Shown here: positions 24,691 through 37,539 of the stretch, in pieces | Layout of the letters: each line of letters begins with the position of its first letter | Position numbering within the stretch: position 1 is the first letter of the stretch | DNA from: Hypanus sabinus | Lineage: Eukaryota | Reading direction: 5' to 3' | Length of the DNA stretch: 64,000 nucleotides | Assembly (NCBI RefSeq): GCF_030144855.1 | Contig: NC_082722.1 | Location: forward strand, 1,922,001-1,986,000 | Notes under the pieces: model-generated | The model's database searches: none | What the model was told of the DNA's origin: nothing | Seen by the model: only the letters and a program-made list of their open reading frames with translations | Translations under genes and position numbers: made by a program

Positions 24691-25984
24691 GCTGAATACC
24701 TTGCTCCCATGACAGAGGTGTCAAACAGAAGAGGGTAAAAATCATGCGTAACCCAAATGGAACAGATCATGATTCCTGTGCTATGGTTCGGTTACTTGTC
24801 GACAAACAATTACATGTCACGGGATTAGCCATAAACAGGTACCTTATTTGTGTTACGTACCTTGTTTACCAAGATTATTAAACTCATTAACCCAATACCA
24901 GCATGGATGATCTTCCTTGAAGAATTGAAATGTATCAACTGGTTTTTAACTTTTGTGCAGAAAGTTAAATGTTATCTTTTGAATGGATGCTTAAAACGCT
25001 TTCGTAATTCCTTAGCTCATTGACGGCGTTTTACAGGTGTGATAAATAAATCAAGCATGTTTTGAAGACTGTTAAAAAATGCTGTCTCTTCATTCAGCAT
25101 TTTTGCACTATAATCACCTGCTCGATCAAAATGTCATTGACTGAGCATTTAATATTTTACAGGCTGAATTCTATAACAAATATAAATATTGTGGGACGTC
25201 ATTTATAACCTCAGTCATAAAAATATAAACTTGTCCTATTGACCATCTACAGTATATAACTACCAATGAGCTAAAATGTTGAAATTACAAAAGTAAAATG
25301 TCAATTATTCACGGTGAATCCCCTGTTTTCTGCCTCGTCCGTCAAGAGCCAGATGCATCCAATTGCAGTTCGATAAGATACAACCTCTGAACTCAATGAG
25401 CATGCCCACTTCAATTGCACGCAGATCCTTTCTTTCGTTAAGTCTGACCTCGAAATCTGAATGCTGATACTGAATTCAATGGCCGCAGCCAGGCTTGGCA
25501 TTTTGGTTTAAAAACAATTGCGATTCAGGAGAGCTTGAAATAAGAATATATAGTTTCAGTATATGGGTGATTATGTTTTGTTGCAGTAGTCCGCGTTGAT
25601 ATCGATTTCTTCAGTTTGACTTTCAGGCTGTCCTTGAATCGTCTGTAATGAAATATTTCAGAACGTCATCCCCAAGTTTATTTCTTCTTTAATTTAAACT
25701 GTTAAATCACTGTAACTATGTCACCAAAACGCATCTTTTATTGATATTCTATTATTTCGGTGACTTACACGATAATACAAAGAATCTTGGGTAATACATC
25801 AGTCTTCGCAACTGAAATAATCGTCAATGCTTTTTCAACAAGATGCGATTTAATGCTGGTCACATTTCAAATTTGCTGTTATGCAAACTCTTGGCTTTAC
25901 ATCAATATATCCTTGCAAGTGAAACTAGTGCTACATCTGCCCCTAAACCTCCCCCCTCACTATCATTTAGGTCGCTAGACAGAC

Positions 25985-27025
25985 TTTTCAGGTGATGCAA
26001 CATTTCTCCTGTGAGTCTACTGAGATCATGGTGTCCGGTGTTGCCCGTGAGACCTCCTGTACATCACTGAGACACAACGTAAATTCAGAGACCGCTTCGC
26101 CAAGCTTCTATGCTCCGTCCGCCTGAAGAAGCCGGTTTTTCCGGTGGCCACCCACTTTACTTCCCATTCCGACAGGTCTATCTAAGGTCTCCTCCACCGT
26201 CGTGATGAGGCTACACTTAGGTTGGAGGAACAAACTTATATTCTGTTTGGGCAGTGCCATGGTCCTGTCTGGCTATCCGCTATCTTACTCCTACCTCTTC
26301 GATTGTGCCTTAATTCCCGTCGTCTGATCCTCATTTGCTGTTAGTTCAATTAATTACAGCACACCTAGGATATACAGGATGAGAACTTTTGCGGCACAGT
26401 CATGGTTGGTCGATTCCAGTGTGTGTAAACCTCTTTTCCTAATCCCTGAGGACTTTTAGTTCTAAGCTCCACTCTATTCCCTGGATATTCTAAGTAAACC
26501 TTGTCTCCGAATCAAGACCCCTGTGGTTATGTTTTCCACATTTGCGACTGTGCTAGTGCCTCACGACCCTGTCTCCGTACCTGTATCCTGCACTTGTGTT
26601 CGTGCCCAGTCATTCCCTTGCAATAGGTAGCCTCCAACCTGATGACACGAACATCGATTTCTCAAACTTCCGGTAATGGCCCCATCTCCTCGCCCTCCCC
26701 CCTTCACCATTTCCCATCCCCTTTTCCCTCTCTCACCTTATCTCCTTTTCTGCCCATTCCCTCCCTCTTCTATCCCTCCCCCCTGTTTCTTTCTTCCATG
26801 GCCTTTTGTCTCTTTTACCAACTTTCCAACTCTTTCCATCATCCCTCCCGCCTTCAGCTTTCACCTGTCACTTTGCATTTCTGTCCCATCGCAATTTTAA
26901 AAACTACTCCTCACTTTTTATTTTTTTCCAGTCCTGCCGAAGGGTTTTGGCATGAAACATTGACTGCACTCTTTTCTGAATTGCTGGCTGGCCTGCTGAG
27001 CTCCCCCAGCATTTTGTGTCTCTGA
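25985..27025 (+). mobile_element. Degenerate, rearranged Penelope-like element
   Basis: GIY-YIG remnant at 26000-26245, unrelated-looking insert at ~26250-26610, then 3' end with decayed hammerhead motif at 26929-26966. Confidence 0.7.
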
Positions 27026-27639
27026 AAGAATCCCATTTTCAAGGGAATCGCCCTTGTCTTGTATATTGTGTTCCTTTACCACCCTCTCAGGTGATGTGTT
27101 CCAGATGTAAACATACACTAGGGAAAAACTCTTCCTCAAAACGTTAACGAAATTGTTCATCTCTCCTGTGCAAAATTCATCTTGCTTCAGGTTAGGGTTA
27201 GATCACGGGTTACTGGGCAGCGAGGTGGAAAGGCCGGATGGGCCTATCCAGAACCGTATATCAATCAATAAATAAACTACTAAGATGTCTTGTTTTTTTT
27301 CTCACAATTCTCTATAAATTCTCTCGACTGCTGTGCATGAAAATCCTAGGAGATCAGCAGTTTCAGAAACAATTAAACCACCTATGTTGCACTAACATTG
27401 ATCCCACAGTCAAAATAACTTATTCCAGAAACTGATGTTTTGTCTTAGCAGTATCTGAATCTGCTGACTATACCTGTATGCTTTTATCCATTGAATTGCT
27501 ACCGCATGTTGGATCATTAGCTGTTTGCATTACGAACATGTGTTCGGGTGTACATAATAAAGAGGCCATTGATTTGGATCCAGATGGTTAATTTCGACTT
27601 GGAAATTTATTGTAACCACTGGATTGGAGCATCATTCGC

Positions 27640-29325
27640 ATTAGTACCTAGTACTAGCAGATTACTTTGTATCAGTACATGGGCCCTCGTCCAGGGAAGG
27701 TGGGACCTGTACAGAAGATAGGTTACATCTAAACTGGCGGGGGTGAGGGGATTAATGTTCCAGCAGTAAGGTTCGCTAGTACTGCACCGTGGGATGGGAC
27801 TGTTAAACTTGTTGCCGGTTGCGGGGAGTGGGGAATTGGTACCACAGTGCTAGAGCAGATAATAGAGTGATTGCGATCACAGAGTTTGCAACGATATCAG
27901 ACAAAGTCAGGACAAATGGTTAAACATGGTGGGACTAATGATCTGAGTTGCGTATATTTCAGAGCAAAAAGTATTATAGAAAAGTCCGATGAATTCAGGG
28001 CATGGATTTACACATGGAATCATGATATTGCAGCCAGTCATGAAATTTGTTTGGAGAAGGAGTCGGACTGGCAACTCAATATTCCACAGTTCCGTTGTTT
28101 TAGACATGATAGAGAGTGGGAGTTTAAGGGATGAAGGCGGCTCTACTATTCAGGGAACATCGCACGACAGTACTCAGTTAGGACAGGCTGGAGAACTCGT
28201 CTAGTGTGGTTCTGTGGCCGAAGCATTGAATAAGTCCGTTATTGAGACTAGATAATAGACCACCCAAAAGTCCGCGGAATTTAGAAGAACGCATTGGTAG
28301 AGACATCGCAGATGATTGCCAGAAACATAAGGCTTCGATAGTAAATGATTTTCAATTTCCACATATTGTCTGAGACGTCCATGCTATAAAAGCACTAGAT
28401 GGGCTTGAGTTTGTGAAATATGTTCAAGAGCATTCCCTTAAGTGTTACATAGAAATCCCAATGAGATACTGTGTAATCCGAAACAAGGGAATCTTTGCAG
28501 ATGTTGGAATCCAAGCAGTATAGACAAAATGCTGGAGGACAGTCGACGTTTTGAGCTGGGACCCAGCCAGTAACGTCAACTGTTTTCTTTTCGATAGATG
28601 CTGCCTATCCTGCTGAGTTCCTCCAGAAGTTTGTGTGAGATAGTGTGCAAGTGCTGATTTCCCATTAGGGGAAGATAAACGGCAGATGAAAGAAGTTTGT
28701 CAAGGGAACACTTTGATCACAATGTCATTAGTTTCAATGCAATTAGGGCAAAGGGATTGGTCGGTTGCTTGGGCCGAGATCCTAAACAGAGGAAAAGGAA
28801 TTTTTGCTGGTATCCGAATGTATCTAACAGCTATAGATTGGGATTCACTGTTTTCTGGCAAAATTATACGTGGTAAGTGAGAGTACTTCAAAACTGAAAT
28901 TTCTAGTGCCTATCATAATAAAAGGCAAGGATGAAAGGCTTGGAGAACCTTGCTTTTCCAGAGTTATTGAGGACCTAGTTAAATAAAGTAAATAAACAGC
29001 AATAAACGAAGGGCAAAGCAAGAATAGGCGGGTAGGAGTAAAAGAAGTGCTTGAGAATTATAAGAAATGGAAGAGGACATTCAAGAGAGAAATCAGGATG
29101 GCTTAAGGAGGACACACGTCTACTCTAGCAGACAAGGTGAAGGACAATTTCAAGGGTTTCTGTAGATATATTAAGAGAAAATGATTGCAACGGATAAAAT
29201 TCGACCTTTGGAATATCAGAATTTGATGGTATCCGTATGTATCTAACAAGTACGGATTGGAACTCGTTGACTCTATGAAAACCGCCAAAATACTCGCTGC
29301 ATTTCCGGAACCGTGTCCAGTTGGA
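27640..29325 (+). mobile_element. Old CR1 LINE fragment (ORF1 end, endonuclease)
   Basis: LHLNW.G, LSCVYF.AKSI..K.DEFRAWI.TWN.DI motifs with many stops. Confidence 0.7.
28477..28635. mobile_element. Short fold-back Penelope-derived insertion with ~15-bp TSD
   Basis: TGAGATACTGTGTAA (28462-28476) versus TGAGATAGTGTGCAA (28636-28650); arms meet at GACGTT.../AACGTC remnants of the hammerhead motif. Confidence 0.6.
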
Positions 29326-29329
29326 TATT

Positions 29330-31380
29330 AACATAGAAACATAGAAAACATACAGCACAATATGGGTCCTTTGGCCCAAAAAACTGTGCCGAACATGTCC
29401 CTACCTTAGGACTACCTAGGCTTTACCCATAGCCCTCTATTCTTCTAAGCTCCATGAAGCCACCCAGGAGTCTCTTAAAAAGCCCTATGGTTTTCGTCTC
29501 CACCGCCGACGCCAGCAGCCAAATCCACGCACTCACTACTCTCTACGTAAAAAAACCTTACTCCTAACATTTCTTCTGCACCTACATCCAAGCAGCTTAA
29601 AACTATGCCCTCTTGTGCTAGCCATTTCAGCCCTGGGAAAAAGCCTCTGTCTATCCACATGATCAATACCTTTCATTATCTTATACGGATCGATCAAGTC
29701 ACCTCTCATTCTCCGTCATTCCAAGGAGAAAAGGTCGAGTTCACTCAACCAATTCTCATAAGACATTCTCCGCAATCCTTCTAAATCTCCTCTGCACCCT
29801 TTCTATGGTTTCTACGTGTTTCCTGTAGTCAGGCGACCAGAATTTAGCACAGTCCTCCAAGCGGGTGGCTGGCCAGGGTCCTATATAGCTGTAACATCAG
29901 CTCTTGGCTGTCACACTTGATAGGTCCTATTCTTTCACATCTTATCCTCTTGCTCTGCACATACTTGCAGAACGCCTTGGGGGCGGTTTCCTTAATCCTG
30001 ACCGCCAAGGCCTTCTCATGGCTTCTTCTGGCTCTCCTAATTTCATTCTTGAGCTCCTTCCTGCTAACCTTATAATCTAGATTCCTATCAATACCTCATT
30101 TTTTGAACATTTCGTAAACTCTTCTTTTCTTCTTGACTGTATTTACAACAACCTTTGTACACCACGGATCTTGTGACCTTTCCATGTCTCATTGGAACGT
30201 ACGTACACAGTTCCCCACGCAAATATCCCCTGAACATTGGCCACATTTCCAACTTCCAAGTTCCCGTCCGATAGTCTCATATTTCCATCTACTCCAATTA
30301 AATGTTTCTCTAACTTGTCTGTCCCTATCCCTCTCCAATGCTGTGGTAAAGGAAATAGAATTGTGATCACTCTCTCCAAAGTTCTCTCCCACTGAGAGAC
30401 CTGACACCCAATCAGGTTCACTTCCCAATACCAGATCAATTGCAGCTTCTCCTCTTGTAGGCTTCTCTACATATTGTGTCAATAAGCCTTCCTGAACACA
30501 CCTAACAAACTCTACCCCATTTAAACCCCTCCCTCTTGGGAGATGCCAATCAATATTTGGAAAATTAAGATCTCCCACCACAACAACCCTGTTAGTAATA
30601 CTCCTTTCCAGAATCTTTCTCCCTGTCTGCTCCTCGATGTCCCTGTTGCTATTAGATTATCTACCGTTTCTATTAAAAAAAAACACCCAGTAGAGCTATA
30701 GACCCCCTTCCTATTAGTAACTTCTACCCACGGAGACTCCGTAAACATCCCTTTAATGTCTGATCAGTAGGGCCACAACCCCACCTCTTTTGCCTCCCTC
30801 TCTATCCATTCTGAAAGATCTAAAGCCTGGCACTTGAGATACCCATTCTTGCCCCTGCACCATCCAAGCCTCTGTAAGGGCCACAGCATCATTGCTCCAA
30901 GTGCTGATCCACGGTCCAAGCCCATCCACTTTATTCATAATTCTCCTCGCATTAAAATAAGCACATCTCAAACCATCGGACAGAATGCGACCCTTCTCTA
31001 TCACCTGCCTATCCTCCCCCTGGGATTCAAGAACAACACGTCCTTTTTGTGCATGTCACACCTGCCCCAAAAGAGGTCCCAATGATCCAGAAACCGTATC
31101 CCTGCCTCCTGCGCCAATCCCTCAGCAATGCATTTATCCTCCATCTCATTCTATTCAGATTCTCAGTGTCACGTGACACGGGTCGTAATTCTGAGATTAC
31201 GACCTTTGCAGTCCTGTTTCTCAACTTCCTTCCTAACTCCCTGTAGTATCTTTCTCGGACCTTCTCCCTTTTCCTCCCAATGCTGTTGATACCACTATGT
31301 ACCATGACCTCTGGCTGTTCACCTTCGCACTTCAGGATATCATGGACGTGATCAGAAATATCCGGGCCTCTGTGTTCCTG
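29330..31380 (-). mobile_element. CR1 LINE with internal deletion of RT core
   Basis: 3' end (CATAGAAA)n at 29330; jumps at ~29905 from the ORF2 C-terminus to the pre-RT region; APE GDLNFPNIDW, GESDH; ORF1 esterase remnant. Confidence 0.8.
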
Positions 31381-31384
31381 TTCT

Positions 31385-31855
31385 CTCAAGACTGAGGCTC
31401 TGTGCTCAGGTGTCCCAAGATCGAGTCGAGGCTTTGGGTTCTTGTTCTGTCCATGTGCCTCGTCCTGTGCAGGAGTTCCATGTCTAGTCCTGCAGGCAAT
31501 CCTCGAAAAAACTAAGTCTCCCCTAGTCTGGCAGCCAAGACTCGAAGAACCCAAGCCATGTCCAGACCTGTAGCCACGTCATTTCCTCGCCTAGTTCCGG
31601 CGTCCAAGCCCGCGTGAAATACCAGGTTCTGGGTCCTTGTCCAGTCTCTTGCTCGGAGTCCAAGCCCAGGCTCGTAGTTCCCAGTTCCTTGTCCTTGTCA
31701 CGCTTTCCTATCTGAAGTCCTAGCCCAAGTCTGTTTAACTGTCCCAGCTCCTAGTCTGTGTGCTGTCCCGTCCCTACTCCAGTCCAGTCCAGTTCCTAAT
31801 ACTTCAGTGTCTGTGTCTTTCAATTGGCTCCGCTTCAGCACCCCCTTTATGACCA
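31385..31855. repeat. LTR-like/degenerate tandem repeat block (GTCCAAGCCC-type units)
   Basis: Recurrent GTCC(A/T)AGCCC and GTCCTTGTC units; no ORF; identity as a solo LTR is only a guess. Confidence 0.35.
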
Positions 31856-32184
31856 CAATTTTTATTAGAAAGTGACATTCGGATGTTTTATAAATATGGT
31901 GCACAAAGATGTTCAGATTCTAGATGACTAATGCAGCCAGCCAGGGTAGTTGCATTGAACAATATAATCTGCTTGAAACTAAGCGATGATGCAGCCAGGC
32001 TATCTAGATTAGCTATGAATTGCATCCAATAGGGGACCACATGGGAAGTAAGTATAATCCAAAATACATTTCACCTGCAGTCAAGCGCTCCCTGTACAGT
32101 TATTAGAGTGGCATCAAACGTTAACAAAGCTAAAAATTGCTCTTTTCAGAAACCGTGGCAAAATACAACAAGGCTACCCTCCTA

Positions 32185-33110
32185 CAAACCACACAAAATG
32201 CCGGTGGAACACAGCAGGCCCGGCAGCATCTATAGGAAGAAGCACTGTCGACGTTTCGGGCCGAGACCCTTCTTCAGGACTAACTGAAAGAGAGATATGA
32301 AAGCAGGAGTGGGAGGGGGAAATGCGAAATGATAGGAGAAGACTGAAGGGGGTGGGGTAAAACTAAGAATTGGAATGGTGATTGCAAAGGGGATACAGAG
32401 CTGGAGAAGGGAAATGATCACGGGACGGGAAGCCTCGGGAAAAAGAAAGGATGTGGGGAGCTCCAGAGGGAGATGGAGAACAGGCAGAGTGATGGACAAA
32501 GAACAAAAAGGGGAGGGGGAAAATAAATAAATCAGGGATGGGGTAAGAAGGGGAGGAGGGGCATTAACGGAAGTTAGAGAAGTCAATTTTCATGCCATCA
32601 GGTTGGATGCTACCCAGACGGTATATAAGGTGTTGTTCCTTCAACCTGAATGTGGCTTCATCTTGACAGTAGACGAGGCCATGGATAGACATATCAGAAT
32701 CGGAATGGGACGTAGAATTAAAATGTGTGGCCACTGGAAGATCCCGCTTTCTCTTGCGGACAGAGCGTAGGTGTTCAGCGAAACGGTCTCCAAGTCTGCG
32801 TCGGGTCTCACCAATATATAAAAGGCCACACCGGGAGCACCGGACGCAGTATACCACACCAGCCGACTCACGGGTGAAGTTTCGCCTCACCTGCAAGGAC
32901 TGTCTGGGGCCCTGAATGGTGGTGAGGGAGGAAGTGTAAGTGCAGGTGTAGCACTTGTTCCACTTACAAGGATACGTGCCAGGAGGGAGATCGGTGGGAA
33001 GGGATGGGGGGGGGGGAAACGGGTGGATAAGGGGGGGGGGGGAACGGGTGGACAAGGGAGTAGCGTAGGGTGCGATCCCTGCGGAAAGCAGAAAGAGGGG
33101 GCCTTACCTG
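32185..33110 (-). mobile_element. Penelope-like element 3' part (GIY-YIG ORF remnant)
   Basis: ORF 32564-33055: VVYCVRCSRCGLLYIGETRRRLGDRFAEHL...PVATHFN; conserved 3' terminus. Confidence 0.9.
32245..32282 (-). ncRNA. Minimal type I hammerhead ribozyme-like motif (best-preserved core in window)
   Basis: Minus strand TAGTC-CTGAAGA-A-GGGTCTCGGCCC-GAAAC-GTC-GACAG: CUGANGA, GAAA and GUC cleavage triplet intact. Confidence 0.7.
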
Positions 33111-33116
33111 TGAAGC

Positions 33117-35365
33117 AACATTCAGGGATCTGTAGACATGTACTCCCAGATCCCTCTGCTCCTCCACACTCCCAAGTAGCCTGCCATTTACTTTGTACTC
33201 TGCCTTGGAGTTTGTCCTTCCAAAGTGTACCACCTCACCCTTCTCTGGTTTGAACTCCATCTGCCACTTCTCAGCACACTTCTGCATCCTATCAATGTCT
33301 CTCTGCAATCTTCGACAATCCTCAGCACTATATACAACACCACCAATCTTTGTGTCGTCTGCAAACTTGCCAACCCACCCTTCTACCTCCATCTTCAGGT
33401 CGTTAATAAAAATCAAGAAAGGAAGAGGTCTCAGAACGGATCCTTGTGGGACACCACTAATCACAACCTTCCAATCTGAATGTACTCCCTCCGCCACAAC
33501 CCTCTGCTTTCCGCAGGCAAGCCTATTCTGAATCCATCTGACCAAACTTCCCTGGATCCCGTGACTTAAGGCTTTCTAAATAAGCCTACCGTGTGGTACC
33601 ATGTCAAATGACTTACTAAAATCCATACAGATCACATCCACTGCACTACCCTCAACTATATGCCTGATCACCTCCTCAATTACCTCTCTCAGGCTTGTTA
33701 GACATGATCTGCCTTTCACAAAGCCATTCTGACTGGCCCTGATCAGACCATGATTCTCTAAATGCCCATAGATTCTATCTCTAAGAATCCTTTCCAACAG
33801 TTTTCCCACCACAGACGTAAGGCTTACTGGTCTATAATTACCCAGACTATCCTTACTACCTATTTTGAACAAAGGGACAACATTCGCCTCCCTCCAGTCC
33901 TCCAGTACCATTCCCGTGGACAACGAGGACATAAAGATCCTAGCCAGAGGCTCAGCAATCTCTTCCTTCGCCTCGTGGAACAGCCTGGGCAATATTCCAT
34001 CTAGCCCTGGTTACTTTGTCCTAACGTATTTTCACAACTCCAACACCTCCTCTCCCTTAATATCAACATGCTCCAGAACATCAACCTCACTCATACTGTC
34101 CGCACCATCATCAAGTTCCCTCTCAGTGGTGAATACCGATCAGAAGTATTCATTGAGGACCTCGCTCACAGCCTCCAGGCACATCTTCCCACCTTTATTT
34201 CTAATCGGTCCTATCTTCACTCCTGTCAACATTTTATTCTTTACATAATTGAAGAATGCCTTAGGGATTTCCTTTACCCTTTTGGCCAAGGCCTTCTCAT
34301 GCCCCCTTCTTGCTTTTCTCAGCCCCTTCCTAAGCTCCTTTCTTGTTACCCCATATTCCTCAATAGACTAATCTGATCCTTGCTTCCGAAACCTCACGTA
34401 TATTGCCTTCTTCCATCTGAATAGATTCTCCACCTCACTTGTCACCCATGGTTCCTTCACCCTACCATTCTTTATCTTCCTCACCGGGGCAAATTTATCC
34501 CTAACCCTGCAAGAGATCCCTAAACATCGACCACATCTCCTTAGTACATTTCCCTGCAAAAACATCATCCCAATTCACACCCGCCGTTCTAGCCTTATGG
34601 CCTCATAATCTGCCCTTCCCCAATTAACAATTTTCATGTCCTCTCTGATTCTGCCCTTTTCCATGATAATGTTAAAGGTCAGGGAGCGGTGATCACTGTC
34701 CCCCAGATGCTCACCCACTGAGAGATCTGTGACCTGACATGGTTCGTTACCTAATACTAGATCTAGTATGGCATTCCCCCAAGTCGGCCTGTCAACATAC
34801 TGTGACAGGAATCTGTCCTGGACGAACTGAACAAACTTTGCCCCGTCTAAACCATTGGAACGAATCAGGTGCCAATCAATATTAGTGAAGTTAAAGTCAC
34901 CCATGATAACAACCCTGTTATTTTTGCATCGTTCAAAAATCTGCCTCCCAATCTGCTCCTCGGTATCTCTGCTGCTACCAGTGGGCCCATAAATACTCCC
35001 AATAGAGCAACTGCTCCCGTCCTGTTCCTGACTTCTACCCTTACTGACTGAAAAAAGGATCCTGCTACATTACCCACCTTTTCTGTAGCTATAATAGTAT
35101 TCCCTGACCAGTAACGCTACCCGTACTCCCGTTTCCCCCCTTCTTTATCCCTTTTGAAGCACTGAAATCCAGGAATATTGAGAATCCATTCCAGCCCTGG
35201 TGTCAGCCGTAATGGCCGCTACATAATCATTCCATGTATGTATCCAAGCTCTCAGCTCATCACCTTTGTTCCTGATGCTTCTTGTATTGAAGTACTTGCA
35301 CTTTAGCCCTTCTACCTTACTGCCTTTACACCCTTTATTCTGTTTCTCTTTGTTCAAAGCTTCTG
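33117..35365 (-). mobile_element. CR1 LINE (ORF1 end, APE, RT), 3'-truncated
   Basis: [44 protein letters not shown]; same subfamily as 61.3-64 kb. Confidence 0.9.
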
Positions 35366-35384
35366 AATACACAGCCACAGAATC

Positions 35385-35665
35385 GAGGGGCGTCCTTTTA
35401 GAAGTGAGATAAAGAGGAATTTCTTTAGCCAGAGAGTGGTGAACATATGGAATTCTTTGCCAAAGGCAACTGTGGAGGTCATGTCTTTATGGATATTTAT
35501 AAGCAGAGGCTGATGGAGTTTAACTGGTCAGGGCATGAATAGAGTTAGGGAGAAGGCAGGGGACTGGGTGTGAGAGGAAAATTGGATTAGCCAAGATGAA
35601 ATGGTGGAGCAGAAACGATCGTCCAGATGGCCTAATTCTGTTCCTATATATTGTGGTCTTCTGGT
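35385..35665 (+). mobile_element. CR1 3' end fragment
   Basis: NFFSQRVVN.WN.L and CR1-type 3' UTR GATGGCCTAATTCTG. Confidence 0.7.
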
Positions 35666-36803
35666 CTTACGGCTTTCACGAAGGAATACAGTAAAGATTA
35701 CTGAAGTTAAACCATCCAATCTCGGAACAGGAATGTACGATCCTCTTGACGATCTCTCATCAGGCTAACAGTCTTAAATTGTTTAACAATGACCTGTATT
35801 ACACCCTATATCAGTTATCCCCACGTTCCTCAATTCCTTCTACAAATAATCAGCAATTCTTCATGATAAGATACACAGTATTGCAGCGTATCGCAACAAA
35901 TCCTTGGACGAACATGACACTGCAATCATGTCATCCCTGCCATTAATTGTCACAACAATGGATTCGGCAGCGCAGCAAATTCAGCAATTGTGCTCGTGAA
36001 TATACACGTGCCAACTGTTATTATTTCATTGTGATAGTATTTAACTCCATTCATTCTGTCGTAGTATTTGTGGAGACTTGGACACAGCACAGCAACGTTT
36101 CGTTGACTGTTTGCTTTCGACCTTGCCTGAGAAATTGGACTGTCGAGTCAATTACTCCGAAGGCTAGCATTATTTGTTTAATATTTAGATGTACTTTTCA
36201 GCCGCAGTGTAAGTTTCATTTTTCACTTGAGAGTTTTATTTAACGGCCCCGTTTGGCTAAACGTTTGTTGTTTCATTTTCCCTTTAACATTGTTTGCATT
36301 AAAGTTTGTAAACAATCATCTCGCTTCAGTGTCTCTCACTGTGCACTTGAGCCATATCCAAACCAGGTGACATTAACTTGCTGGTGGTCATCACGAACTA
36401 TTAATTTGACTGGACTAGCCACATAAATATCGTAGCATTTCAAAACTTGAAAATTTTGGAGTAAGCAACTCAATTCCTGACATCGCAAAATCTTTCTTCT
36501 TTCTCCAAAGCATAAATTTATTGTGGCAGAATTAATTTCACTGCTTCAGGTAAGTGCGGTTTCAACAACTCTCCGGAAAATCAGCCCTTCAGTGTAAAAC
36601 ACTACATTTCACCCTCTTACTCTATGGACCTATGTCTTCACTCCCATCATGGGAGGTATGAGAAACTCTCACCTGGAAGGTTCTACCGAACTCTCGGACT
36701 GTCCTGTGCTTTATGTATTCTGTCACTTTCTCATCGTCATAAGATATACATTAAAAACTATCTCCCAATAGCAGCGTGAATCTAGCAGATGGACTATAGC
36801 CGT

Positions 36804-36910
36804 TCAAGACAGAGGTCCACCAACACCTGCTCGATGGAAATTATAGCCAATAAACTCTATACCAGCCAGCGACGTCGAAACGACCCTAACACCAATCAAA
36901 TGCAATAAAA
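36804..36910 (-). CDS. Candidate alternative TM or terminal exon of gene 2 (phase 1: VLLHLIGVRVVSTSLAGIEFIGYNFHRAGVGGPLS*)
   Basis: Good acceptor CTTTGTCTCTTTAG|36910; phase-1 frame is moderately hydrophobic with an internal Arg; other phases stop quickly (FYCI*, SFIAFDWC*). Confidence 0.35.
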
Positions 36911-37145
36911 CTAAAGAGACAAAGTGAGCGGGTTTAAATGTGCAGACTGTATTCTGTTATGTGTAAAAGCACAAAAACTTAAGTACAGTAATGATAATTG
37001 TTTAAAATTATTTTATTTTGATTTGATAGTTCCTCCATGAATTAACTCATGTTCTACATACCTGGGCATATATTGTATTCTGTTCATCATTTCTGACTTT
37101 AGTGAATGTCTTGGCCCGAGCCATATTTAGGGTGACGTATGTTAC

Positions 37146-37172
37146 CTTTTGATCCTCTTCGGATTGCGTTGT
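37146..37172 (-). CDS. Gene 2 27-nt mini-exon (phase ambiguous: TTQSEEDQK / DNAIRRGSK / QRNPKRIK)
   Basis: Acceptor GATTTTCAG|, donor AAG|GTAACA; all three frames open. Confidence 0.55.
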
Positions 37173-37383
37173 CTGAAAATCATCAACAATCTGTTATAAT
37201 TTTTCCACCAATAAAGTGTATGTTTTTGCAATAAATATGTGGCCATAGCCCAAAAGGAACATTACATTGTATATGGCAGCAACACACAGGGTGCCGACAG
37301 CTTTGAAAAGTCAGTTATAATTTAAATCTTGCATTTCCTTTGATGAAGCAACCAAAACGCAAAACTGTTTTATTTTCTTCTAC

Positions 37384-37415
37384 CGATCTGTAGTCATAAT
37401 TGGAGAAACTTCTGC
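37384..37415 (-). CDS. Gene 2 candidate cytoplasmic exon (AEVSPIMTTDR* if read through)
   Basis: Strong acceptor TTTTTTTGTTATTCTCGACCCGCAG|; weak donor CG|GTAGAA, or read-through to TAG 37380-37382 followed by AATAAA. Confidence 0.5.
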
Positions 37416-37539
37416 CTGCGGGTCGAGAATAACAAAAAAAATGTATTGATAACTTGGGTTATGAAAAAAGAATACCTGATGCCCTATGGAGATGGTAATA
37501 GAGCGCCTCAATTTTGAACAAGTCAATTTTCAACAACCT

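Noticed and set aside
24700-25980. Possible third receptor gene in the unique stretch between repeats
   Set aside because: Isolated splice-like signals (e.g. minus-strand GTAAGT at 25768) but no Ig Cys/Trp pattern, leader or TM frame found.
33005-33056. G-rich tandem duplication with G-quadruplex potential
   Set aside because: Local slippage of a poly-G tract inside a Penelope remnant; homopolymer length is also error-prone.
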